Below, one piece after another: positions 51,773-61,164 of a DNA stretch of 64,000 nt. Origin of the DNA: a virus (taxonomy: Duplodnaviria; Heunggongvirae; Uroviricota; Caudoviricetes). Position 1 is the stretch's first letter. Each line of letters begins with the position of its first letter. Under the pieces are notes generated by a model that was not told the origin of the DNA, ran no database searches, and saw only the letters and a program-made list of their open reading frames with translations. Both the position numbers and the translations under genes were made by a program. The DNA is taken from the IMG/VR virus record IMGVR_UViG_3300028549_003773; one strand, given 5' to 3'.

Positions 51773-53378
51773 CAAGTGGAAATTTTTTAACAACTTACCT
51801 GGAAAAGAAGCGTTAAGCTCGGCTGAAGTGCAATATTGGTTAAGTATATTAAATAAAGTATTAAAAACAGGGGTAGAATTCGAGTTCAACTTGAAAGAAC
51901 CAAAAGGTTTTTGTAAAGGTGGAAGTGAAAGTTGTCCCTGCATAAAAATGACAGAAGATAATGATTGTTGGAAAGTATGTCTTTTACAAAATACATGTAA
52001 GAAGAAATTCAAAACACAAGAAGAATTTGAATTAAATTGTCATGGAAAGTTTTGTGTTAGTTTCAAGAGCGCTTGTATTTCCTGTAAATTTTCTAAAATT
52101 GATTGTACAAAATGTAATTATTTATTAGATACAAGTAGCGATCCTGAAAGTATAAGACAACAATTGAAAAATGCCTTTGACCCATCCAAAAGTTACGGCA
52201 ATTTATCTAAAAGTGGTGTACATAGTGTAGTTACCGATGGGTCACTTTTAGGTGGCGAGGGTAAAGAAAAAGGCGTAGAAATAATTACAGTTGGTCGAAG
52301 AATAGATTATTGGGAGTTTTATAACATGTTATCAAACATAACAAAAAACTCTATCAATAAAGGAGCATATGTAAATGAAAGGTGTTCGACACACATACAT
52401 GTTTTAGCTGGTTATTTAGATGCTGTTGAGAACAACAGTAATTTCAGAACAGTAAGTGAGTTAGAAAAACCTATGCCTCAAATAATAGTTGCTAATTTTC
52501 ATCAACTTTGTAGAAGGTACCAAAATGCTATTACTTGGATGTCTATGGGTTTAGATAATCCTGAGCATTTAACAAGATGGGAGAAATATAGAGTTTCAAT
52601 ACTTGATACTTCTCCAGTAACTATGTCTATGGAAGACATAATTCATAAATTAGAAGAAATAAGTTTCAAAAACAGAGGTAAGTACGCTTGGGTAAACTAC
52701 ATGTATTCTAAATCAAAAGGTTCGTCAGCTGAATTAGAGAGATTTCATGTAGAGATGAGAGTATTAGATGGTATGATGTCGGCAAGTGTTGTTGCAGCAA
52801 TGTGTTGTTTATTCCATGCTTTAGTAATAAAAGCTGTAGAAATATCAAGATATGGTTTGCTAGAACTTGGTTCTCTTCCATGGTTTGAACAAACTAAGGA
52901 TATAAAAAGCAGGTTACTAAACAATGCACCAGAAGGATTTAGTGAGAATAGACTTTCAGATACCATGGATTTACTTCCAAAACATCAAGATATATTAAAA
53001 GTTGAATCTTATGACTTACTTAATCAAATAAAACATATACTTATGAGAACTGGACCTGCTTTTGAAGTATTAGAAAAATTGGCAGAAAAACCAGTAGCGT
53101 TTCATAGATGTGAAGGTAAGAACTGGGAAGAGATTGAAAAACATTTTGAAATTTTCAGAGAAGAAGAAACAATACTGGAACAAAAAATTAATGAAATAAT
53201 AGATTTCCGTATTGTTATGCGTTGTGAAAACGACAAAGTATGGAGTGATAAAGTTGCGGCATTACTTGAGAAAGAAGATATAGCTTCAAAAAATCAAATA
53301 CCTGAAATCATTTCAGCTAAGATTAGAAATGGTTTATGTATTTGGTCATCTTCTTTGGGTACTGTGTTGAAAGTATAA
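51762..53378 (+). CDS. Cys-rich N-terminal domain fused to amidoligase-like domain (copy 3)
   Basis: about 10 Cys in residues 50-120 (CKGGSESCPC, CxxC pairs); SVVTDGSLLGGEGKEKGVEII ... RCSTHIHV echoes the ligase GxHIH landmark. Confidence 0.45.
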   Translation: MYNDKWKFFNNLPGKEALSSAEVQYWLSILNKVLKTGVEFEFNLKEPKGFCKGGSESCPCIKMTEDNDCWKVCLLQNTCKKKFKTQEEFELNCHGKFCVSFKSACISCKFSKIDCTKCNYLLDTSSDPESIRQQLKNAFDPSKSYGNLSKSGVHSVVTDGSLLGGEGKEKGVEIITVGRRIDYWEFYNMLSNITKNSINKGAYVNERCSTHIHVLAGYLDAVENNSNFRTVSELEKPMPQIIVANFHQLCRRYQNAITWMSMGLDNPEHLTRWEKYRVSILDTSPVTMSMEDIIHKLEEISFKNRGKYAWVNYMYSKSKGSSAELERFHVEMRVLDGMMSASVVAAMCCLFHALVIKAVEISRYGLLELGSLPWFEQTKDIKSRLLNNAPEGFSENRLSDTMDLLPKHQDILKVESYDLLNQIKHILMRTGPAFEVLEKLAEKPVAFHRCEGKNWEEIEKHFEIFREEETILEQKINEIIDFRIVMRCENDKVWSDKVAALLEKEDIASKNQIPEIISAKIRNGLCIWSSSLGTVLKV

Positions 53379-53421
53379 AATAAAGGGGAGAGAAATACTC
53401 CCCTAAACAATTAGGTAATAT

Positions 53422-54171
53422 ATGGGCGGAATTTTTGGATTAACATTATTAAAGAATAACAAACTAGAGAAAGACAAAATTGGCAAAATTATTAATAGCT
53501 TGCTAAGAAATTTTCTAGGAGAGACAGTTTCAGCCAGTTTGGTGGCTACATCAGAAAGTAGAATAGATGTTATAAAAAGAAATCATAACTTGGCAAAATT
53601 CATAAATTCTCCAGAGTGTATCAAATTTTTAGCTGATGCTAGTGAAACACAAAACTTGTACTCAATTATAGGAAGTTTTAAACGTAGAGCTTTTTTAGTA
53701 AACACTGAAGTGCAGAATAGTATTATGACAAATATTGGTAAAACAGTATGTGTGAATAAAGATGTTTTTTTGTATAATTCTGAATCCACAAGCGAAAAAA
53801 TAGTTACGGTAATTGACAAAGTATTATCTGAAAAACAAAACGAAACACCAAGATTTCATAGTATGTTCGCAGAAGCTGCTAAAGTTGGTAATAACACACA
53901 AATGTACGCTTGTGTTAATGCTTTCTACCCATCATTGACGATTATTACGAAACACACGGTGGACCCATTATACATAAGTTTGTTTGAGGATTGTGGTGTT
54001 GTTGTCTTTTCTTCTCTACGAAATAGTCTTGTTGAATTAAAAGAAACTTTTAATTTGGGAGAAATGAAAGACATTGAAATATGTTCAAAAGAAGCCATGG
54101 TTATATGTGCTAAGAACAATACAATAAAAGAAGTAAACATTTTTGCAGGGTTAATAGGTACTACAATATGA
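53422..54171 (+). CDS. hypothetical protein
   Basis: 249-aa ORF within the ligase cluster. Confidence 0.5.
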   Translation: MGGIFGLTLLKNNKLEKDKIGKIINSLLRNFLGETVSASLVATSESRIDVIKRNHNLAKFINSPECIKFLADASETQNLYSIIGSFKRRAFLVNTEVQNSIMTNIGKTVCVNKDVFLYNSESTSEKIVTVIDKVLSEKQNETPRFHSMFAEAAKVGNNTQMYACVNAFYPSLTIITKHTVDPLYISLFEDCGVVVFSSLRNSLVELKETFNLGEMKDIEICSKEAMVICAKNNTIKEVNIFAGLIGTTI

Positions 54172-55718
54172 TTATCACAGAAAAATTATTCCTACAAGAT
54201 AGAGTTGTTTATGAAGGAGTATTAAAAAGAACTTTACAACCAGTTTTATTTGAAATAGTTGAAGAAAAATATTTATATTATTTCACACAGTTTTCACAAA
54301 ATAGACTAATGTCATCTTGGGAAATTTCAAGTGCGAGATTTAATAATATAGAAAAAACTTCAGATAAACCTATAAGACATAAAGTCTACACTAAAAATGA
54401 AGTAGAATTTTTAAGTAAGTATAAAGAATGCGAAGTAACTTTAGATTTTTTGCTTGAGGAATTTAGTGGAAAAAAAAGATGCTCGTTTGAATTGTCTCCT
54501 GATGATGCCAAAAGTATAGTTGGTGATTTAGTACTTTTTGGTAAAAAATTTAATTATTTTGTTAATGTATATTCACACTCTAATAAAATAACTGTAACAA
54601 AAAATACGTTAGAAAGATATAAAATAGTAATGTCTTTTTTCTCACTAAATACTATAGTACCTAATTTTAAAAAAGCACCTTTAGATGGTATTGGTATTTC
54701 TATAGGGGTGATGGATACAAATGCAAGCAAAAGATATCGTCGCCCAATATTTACAACTGAAGACTCATTAGTAATTACAAATGATAATATATTTTATTTG
54801 GATTGTGTGAAAATTATGAATTATTCAAATCCAAATATAAACAAACTATTAACAATTATAAAAAGTACAGAAGTTGTAAAAGAAGATGATTCTGACAGAG
54901 AAATTGGAGAACTACTTTCACTTTCTAAAGCTGCGTCGGAATGGCAAATCAAAATTAATACAGCGGTAAAAAGAGACGCATCTGCTAGTCGTAAATCTGC
55001 GAAAAAACCAGCAATACCAACAGTACCATTGGCTGATATTGACAGAGTATTTTATGAAGAACGTGCTCCTGTTAATGAGCATGTTGCCGAACTGGTACCA
55101 GTAGAACCGCCTATACCTGAAGGTTGGGCGCAACGTATGGACAATCCTGAACCACCTATGCCAGAAGAAGCACCGCTTGTAATGGAAGAACCTAAATTAT
55201 TCGAGCAATCTTGTAAACTTTCTGAATATAATATTGATGGAATTAGTTGGTCTGGTAAGCCAGAATCAGTACCTTTGGGTCAATACATGTCAAAAGTAAG
55301 GACTTCATTAAAAGTGAAAAATGTTGACAGTTCAAAAATTAAATATTGGAAAAATGAATTCATAGGTGATGACTCAATTTCAAATAAAGTTGTCGCATCT
55401 ACAAAAACATATGCCAATGTTAAAGTACCACAAGATGTAGATGCAAATTGGTTCTCTGATGATGAGGAAGATAAACGAATTAATACTAAATCAACCGAAG
55501 AAACAGGCAAACTAATACGAGAAATTTCTATAGATATGCAGAAAAGGATGGATTCAGAAGTATGTAAAACCGTGACATGTACGTCAGAAGGTTTAATTCC
55601 AAATAAAGAAAATATTTCGTATCCTACAGAAGTTTCAGAAGCTATTGTTAAATGTTCCGCAAGTACAAAAGGACATTCTCCGATTGTACAAAGATACATA
55701 AAGCTAGATGGAATTTAA
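54168..55718 (+). CDS. hypothetical protein (516 aa)
   Basis: start overlaps the previous stop; no motif recognised. Confidence 0.5.
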   Translation: MIITEKLFLQDRVVYEGVLKRTLQPVLFEIVEEKYLYYFTQFSQNRLMSSWEISSARFNNIEKTSDKPIRHKVYTKNEVEFLSKYKECEVTLDFLLEEFSGKKRCSFELSPDDAKSIVGDLVLFGKKFNYFVNVYSHSNKITVTKNTLERYKIVMSFFSLNTIVPNFKKAPLDGIGISIGVMDTNASKRYRRPIFTTEDSLVITNDNIFYLDCVKIMNYSNPNINKLLTIIKSTEVVKEDDSDREIGELLSLSKAASEWQIKINTAVKRDASASRKSAKKPAIPTVPLADIDRVFYEERAPVNEHVAELVPVEPPIPEGWAQRMDNPEPPMPEEAPLVMEEPKLFEQSCKLSEYNIDGISWSGKPESVPLGQYMSKVRTSLKVKNVDSSKIKYWKNEFIGDDSISNKVVASTKTYANVKVPQDVDANWFSDDEEDKRINTKSTEETGKLIREISIDMQKRMDSEVCKTVTCTSEGLIPNKENISYPTEVSEAIVKCSASTKGHSPIVQRYIKLDGI

Positions 55719-55783
55719 TCTATATAAATAAATCTGATAAAGGATATCCTTTAAAAATTATCAAAGCATAAAGGGAAAAATAT

Positions 55784-57640
55784 ATGTGTGGTGTTGTTGG
55801 CGTAGTCGCCCTTGGTAAACAAAAAAGCAAAATAAAAGCAACAATTATGGAGTATCTATTTACAGAAATACTCCAAGCAACCGAAGAAAGAGGTAAGGAT
55901 GCCACAGGAGTTTCAGCACTATTTAGAGATGGTATGTCTATAGTGCAGAAAGGATCTGTGACAGCAGCTGAATTCATAGGAAATTTAGGTAAAGAAGAAA
56001 CTACTTATAATAGTTTCATTAACAATTGTAGAAGTCATGTAGAAGAGGCTGACACTGCTTTGCAGCTTTATATGGGGCATTGCAGAAAAAGTTCTGTAGG
56101 TGGTGCCTTCGATAATGTTAATAATCATCCTATAAAAGTTAATGAAATCGTAGGTGTACATAACGGTACATTGCTAAATCACAACATTATATTTAGAACT
56201 CTTGAAGAAAAAAGAGACGGTGTTGTAGACACAGAAGCTATAATGCAACTACTTAATTATTACACCAATAAATGTAAAGAACCTTTTACACTTGATGGTT
56301 TGACAGAAGTAGCAAGAAGACTTGAGGGGTCTTTTTCAGTGTTGGCCTATAACGCCAATAATCCTTTTCAGATTTGTTTTATGAGAAAGGAAAGACCATT
56401 AGAAATGGCTATGATAAAAGATCTAGGTATATTTTTAATTTCTTCGGATAAAGCATTCTTTACAAGAGCTATATATCAGTATAATAAGTATGCCGCATTG
56501 TATTCCGATGGTTTACCTATTATTAATACCGATGTAGTTGAAGCATATACTTTTCCTTTGGATCATCTTGGAATTTTAGATTTAAATGTAGAGCTTGAAG
56601 AGGATACTGTAATTCTTGATATTATAAAGAAGTCTGATTTCTTTAAGTGTAATAAAATATGGCAAACACCTACAGTGCAAAAAACTACATATGTACAACA
56701 GCACAGTGGTAAAAAAAACGACGCCGAAAAGCCAAAAGAAACTCCAGACACTACAAAGGGGACTTCGACTCAAGAGCTTTCTAAAATTGACGGAACTACT
56801 AGTAAAGGTAAAGTCTTTTGTAGAAAACTAGGTGGCTATGTTCCGGCTGAGTTAGTAAAAAATACAGCTAAACTTGGACCAAGAATTTTTAATATTCGTG
56901 GTGGAGAAATATTAAATATTGACAATAAAACTGTGGATAAAGAAAACTCATCCAAGGAACTTATTGTATATGATAAGAACGTAAGTAATTCTAAAATAAG
57001 TCTTGATAAAGTATCATCATTTCCTATTAAAGCCAATGAAGAAGCTGTGCCTATTTACGTAGATGATAAAAACATTAGTACACCAAAAATAACTCTTGGT
57101 AAAACAATCACAGAGGAAGTACAAGGTCCTCCTCTAAAAATTATGGAAACCACAAAAGCTATTTCAGTTAATGAGGTTAAAGTTGTAGACGATGCTTTGG
57201 TTGAAATAATGAAGGCGGCTGATGAGTATTCAAAGAAAATTCCGTGCTGTTCAAGAGGAATTGAAGCCGCTGAAGTTTTAGGAATAACCAATGTTGACAA
57301 TTTAGACGAAGTACCAGCTCATATTATTGTTAATAAAGCAAGACTTTTAGCGTCATCTGAAGCTTTTACAGAAGGGGCTATGTGGGCTAAAAAGAATTTG
57401 ATAGGCGAGAACATACAAAAAGTAGTTAGAGTGACAAAGCATGTAGTAAGTATTTTTGGTTCTCTGATTACCAAATTAGCAAAAAATGATTCTTCACAAT
57501 ATAAGCCTTTTATGCAGAGTGAGTTAGATAAGCTTGGTAGTGGAGAAATTACGATAAACACAATGCAAAAAGTGTTCTCTAAAGGTAATCTAATAGAAAA
57601 TCCACCATTAAAAGTTCTTGAGGATTTAGTTAATGAATAA
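55784..57640 (+). CDS. class-II (Ntn-hydrolase) glutamine amidotransferase domain protein
   Basis: starts MCGVVGV (Cys2 nucleophile); GHCRKSSVGG, NNHP, VHNGTLLNH and DTEAIMQLL match the GlmS/PurF/AsnB GATase-II N-domain; ~400-aa C-terminal region unrecognised. Confidence 0.75.
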   Translation: MCGVVGVVALGKQKSKIKATIMEYLFTEILQATEERGKDATGVSALFRDGMSIVQKGSVTAAEFIGNLGKEETTYNSFINNCRSHVEEADTALQLYMGHCRKSSVGGAFDNVNNHPIKVNEIVGVHNGTLLNHNIIFRTLEEKRDGVVDTEAIMQLLNYYTNKCKEPFTLDGLTEVARRLEGSFSVLAYNANNPFQICFMRKERPLEMAMIKDLGIFLISSDKAFFTRAIYQYNKYAALYSDGLPIINTDVVEAYTFPLDHLGILDLNVELEEDTVILDIIKKSDFFKCNKIWQTPTVQKTTYVQQHSGKKNDAEKPKETPDTTKGTSTQELSKIDGTTSKGKVFCRKLGGYVPAELVKNTAKLGPRIFNIRGGEILNIDNKTVDKENSSKELIVYDKNVSNSKISLDKVSSFPIKANEEAVPIYVDDKNISTPKITLGKTITEEVQGPPLKIMETTKAISVNEVKVVDDALVEIMKAADEYSKKIPCCSRGIEAAEVLGITNVDNLDEVPAHIIVNKARLLASSEAFTEGAMWAKKNLIGENIQKVVRVTKHVVSIFGSLITKLAKNDSSQYKPFMQSELDKLGSGEITINTMQKVFSKGNLIENPPLKVLEDLVNE

Positions 57641-58931
57641 GTCTTTACTATTAATACCATCAACAGAGATGGATAGTGACCATAAAAAAGAGGATGTCTT
57701 AGTTAGGATGTCTAAGGAAACAAGAGAAACTATAGACTTTGATAAAATTAAAGAAGTTTCTCCTGAAATAAAAGATCTGAATGTTTTCAAAGCATTCACA
57801 AGAGATTTAATAAAAGCCAGACAACTTGTACTTGAAGGTGTACTTGCACACGAAGATTTGAAAAGAGTAGGCTTCGTGTCTTTTAACACCTTCAACAAGC
57901 TTGGTGGGCAAGGATCTTTTATTGACTTAACTAAGCTTCCTCAAGAAGTAAAAGTTGAAGAAAAAATTGTTATTGACAAACTTTTAATAGGTACTGACCC
58001 AGAATTATTGTTAATGTTAAAAGGAGAAGTGTACAACGCCTCTCAAGTAGCAGGTTTAACCAAACAAAGCAAATTTGGATGCGACGGACCAATGGCAGAA
58101 CTAAGACCTGACCCAGCTCTTGATGCTAAAGGTTTAGTTGAAAATATTAGAAGTGTGTTGCAGAATGATGATGTACAAGACAAAATACACAAACTTGATC
58201 TTATTAGCTCTTGTTATCATGAAGATAAGAACAGAGATTATCCTGTTGGTACACACATTCATATAGATAATCCAAAAGAGATAGCAAAATTACCAGCAAC
58301 TGAAAGGTATAATTTATTTGCTGTGACAAATAGGATTATTGATGAACTTTTGACATTACCTATGATACGTCTGGATGGTGATAAGGGTCATAATAGACGA
58401 GCTAAATGCAAAATGAGTATGGCTAATGGCTTTATAGGACAATATGGCAAAGGTTATGGATATTTTGGAGAATGGCGAGAATGTAATGGTAGACTTGAGC
58501 ACAGAAGCTTATCAGGGTTGGTACTATCCAGCCCTGAATTAGCTGAAGCCGTGTTTGGTACGGCTAAAGCTATAGCAGAAGCTGTTTATACTGAAGCTCT
58601 TCAAAAGAAGTTGGATAAGAAATTCATTTTACCTAATAAGTACAATTATAAGAGTATATACACAAGTGATTTTGCGGAGTGGGCTAAGATACCATTGGCA
58701 GCAACTTTTAAATGTGTAGGTCCTTCTAAAGAAATAGCAGATATGATGGATGCAAGTGATAGATCTATAGTAACACAGAAGTATATAAAAGATTGGTTAG
58801 TTAGAATCAGAGAATTATCAACTTATACTAAATTTTCTGAAAACATTGAAGCTTTGGGAGAAATTCTAAGTAGTTCAAACAAATCTCTTGACAGTATCAA
58901 TAAAAATTTAAAACAAACATGGAAGGATTAA
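57633..58931 (+). CDS. amidoligase, GS/GCS2-fold carboxylate-amine ligase (copy 4)
   Basis: LLIGTDPELLLML ... GCDGPMAELRPDPA ... GTHIHIDNP. Confidence 0.55.
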   Translation: MNKSLLLIPSTEMDSDHKKEDVLVRMSKETRETIDFDKIKEVSPEIKDLNVFKAFTRDLIKARQLVLEGVLAHEDLKRVGFVSFNTFNKLGGQGSFIDLTKLPQEVKVEEKIVIDKLLIGTDPELLLMLKGEVYNASQVAGLTKQSKFGCDGPMAELRPDPALDAKGLVENIRSVLQNDDVQDKIHKLDLISSCYHEDKNRDYPVGTHIHIDNPKEIAKLPATERYNLFAVTNRIIDELLTLPMIRLDGDKGHNRRAKCKMSMANGFIGQYGKGYGYFGEWRECNGRLEHRSLSGLVLSSPELAEAVFGTAKAIAEAVYTEALQKKLDKKFILPNKYNYKSIYTSDFAEWAKIPLAATFKCVGPSKEIADMMDASDRSIVTQKYIKDWLVRIRELSTYTKFSENIEALGEILSSSNKSLDSINKNLKQTWKD

Positions 58932-58935
58932 TAAA

Positions 58936-60003
58936 ATGGGACAAGAAACTTATGTGTGGTACTCACCTGCAACTGATGTAACTGGTAAAAAACTTATGGA
59001 AGCACTTGGGGCTTCTGGTGGTACTGCAAAACCAGCAGCAGGAAAAGAAAACGTAGTCTGTTGGGGAACTAAAACTGATGCCGCAGTATTGTTTGGTGCA
59101 GCAACTAAGCTTGTACTAAACCATCCGGATAAAATCAGAGTAAATAGAGACAAAGTAAATGCTCTTACTAAATTGAAGCAAAATCAAGTAAGTGTAGCTC
59201 CTTATACTGAAAATTTTAAATTCGCTGGTACAAAAGATTACCCATTTCCAGTAGTTTGTAGAACAAAATTCCACCAAGGTGGCGCTGGTTTTTGGCTGTG
59301 TCTTAATGAAGTACACATAGCTCAAGCAGTGAAAGAAGGTGCAAATTATTTGCAAAACTATATTAATATTCAAGATGAATATAGATTGCACGTAGTAAAA
59401 AATAAAGTTATTTATGCAGTACGAAAAGTACAACGAGACAATCATGCTGAAGCTTTTGTTGAGCATTACGGCGAACTGGTAACAGCAAAAGCTCTGAAAG
59501 GAGCTGTTAATCTTGATAAAAATACCATGGACTTTGTACTGAAAAAGTTAGCGGCTAAATTTGCTAATGGTACGGATATGATTATCAGATCAAATACGCG
59601 AGGTTGGAAATTTTCCAGAGTAGCAAATGAAAATCTGAATAATACACTTGTTACCGAAGCCGTAAATGCAGTAAAGGCTTTGGGTTTGGACTATGCTGCT
59701 GTAGATTGTTGCTTGGATACGACAGGTAAAGCTTATGTTATTGAATGTAATTCTGGACCTGGTTTGGATGGCAACTCATTTGATTCTTGGGTCGCTGCTT
59801 TTAAAGAACTCTTGGCTCCTCCGGCAGCTAAAAAGGTAGCAGCTGCTCCGGTTGAACAAAAGATAGCAGCACCAAAAGTAGCCGCTAAAGCAGTTGGAGG
59901 TAAAGCCAAACTTCAGGAAAAATTGGCTTTGTTAGCTCAGCTTGCTGATTTGGCAGATGACGATGAAGCAGCAGTTTTGCACAAATTAATCAATAAAATG
60001 TAA
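58936..60003 (+). CDS. ATP-grasp ligase (RimK/glutathione-synthetase-like)
   Basis: PFPVVCRTKFHQGGAGF (ATP-binding loop) and DYAAVDCCLDTTGKAYVIECNSGPGL, the canonical ATP-grasp C-terminal motif. Confidence 0.75.
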   Translation: MGQETYVWYSPATDVTGKKLMEALGASGGTAKPAAGKENVVCWGTKTDAAVLFGAATKLVLNHPDKIRVNRDKVNALTKLKQNQVSVAPYTENFKFAGTKDYPFPVVCRTKFHQGGAGFWLCLNEVHIAQAVKEGANYLQNYINIQDEYRLHVVKNKVIYAVRKVQRDNHAEAFVEHYGELVTAKALKGAVNLDKNTMDFVLKKLAAKFANGTDMIIRSNTRGWKFSRVANENLNNTLVTEAVNAVKALGLDYAAVDCCLDTTGKAYVIECNSGPGLDGNSFDSWVAAFKELLAPPAAKKVAAAPVEQKIAAPKVAAKAVGGKAKLQEKLALLAQLADLADDDEAAVLHKLINKM

Positions 60004-60026
60004 AGTAGTAAAGTAGGAGAGTCAGT

Positions 60027-60461
60027 ATGGAAAAATTTATAACATTAGTGGATAATAAAGTAGTAGCTACACAAATTGCAGAATTAATTAATAAGCATAA
60101 TAATTTAAAAATTATCCATACTGATTCTTCTATATTAGAAAGTGCCGTACAATATATAATTGAACAACGTTATGTAAATGATACTTTAGTAGTGATAGGC
60201 TGCATTGGTATAAAAAAAGACCAAGATAAATTCTGTACAATACAACATTTGTGCGTAAAAGAAGGGTATAGAAACCAAGGTATAGCTACTAAACTACTAA
60301 ACGCGGTGACTGATTATGCAGATGCGGAATATGTAAAAGCTAGCGTTCGTCATGATAATATGGCAAGTCTAAAACTACTTAAAAAATTAAAATTTACAGC
60401 ATATGATTGTCTTGCAAAAGATGATTATTTCATATTAAAAGTATCCAAAAAGTTAAAGTAA
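60027..60461 (+). CDS. GNAT-family N-acetyltransferase
   Basis: IQHLCVKEGYRNQGIATKLL is GNAT motif A (Q/R-x-x-G-x-G/A). Confidence 0.6.
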   Translation: MEKFITLVDNKVVATQIAELINKHNNLKIIHTDSSILESAVQYIIEQRYVNDTLVVIGCIGIKKDQDKFCTIQHLCVKEGYRNQGIATKLLNAVTDYADAEYVKASVRHDNMASLKLLKKLKFTAYDCLAKDDYFILKVSKKLK

Positions 60462-60470
60462 AGGCCAAAA

Positions 60471-61163
60471 ATGGAAAAGAGAATTAAATATATAGAAATA
60501 GGTATAGATCATGCTGGAATAAAAGAAACAGGTCTTCTTCTTCATTATGACCAAAATACAAAAAATATAAAAATAGTTAAAAGTCACAACAATGTGACTT
60601 GGTTTAATTTAGACATCTGCACAATTTGTAGTATTGTAGTACTAAAAGAAACATATTTGGCAGAAAAAGTAATTTTCAAAAATGAAGCACATCAAAAAGA
60701 AGCAATAGAAGAAATTTTAAGGCTGCTTACTGAATTAAAAACAGAAAATAGATGTGATGCTTCAGGATATATTAATTTGTCTTCATATGTTGATTATCCA
60801 GAAAAATATGAAGTACAACAATACAAAGGTAAAGATGACAATAGTGGTGTAGTAGATACTAAAAGGCTGAATGAAAATTATTTCCCAAATAAAGTACCAT
60901 GCAAAATAAAGCCATTTTTTCTAACAACCACAACACATTATTATAGTGTTGGCTTGGGTAACGCTAATAATAAAATAAGAATTTTGAAAAGGTCTTCAGA
61001 ATTACCAAGTGAAAAATCTTTGAAAAGTATGGAAAAAAAGGTAGAACAAGTTATGCTTTCCAATTATAAGTTAAAGGTTGAACCTTTGCCGGAGATTGCT
61101 GCTGATTACGTAGTAGAACGAACTTTTAATCAGCAATATTACGAAAATATGTACGGTATGTAA
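60471..61163 (+). CDS. hypothetical protein
   Basis: 230-aa ORF. Confidence 0.5.
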   Translation: MEKRIKYIEIGIDHAGIKETGLLLHYDQNTKNIKIVKSHNNVTWFNLDICTICSIVVLKETYLAEKVIFKNEAHQKEAIEEILRLLTELKTENRCDASGYINLSSYVDYPEKYEVQQYKGKDDNSGVVDTKRLNENYFPNKVPCKIKPFFLTTTTHYYSVGLGNANNKIRILKRSSELPSEKSLKSMEKKVEQVMLSNYKLKVEPLPEIAADYVVERTFNQQYYENMYGM

Positions 61164-61164
61164 A

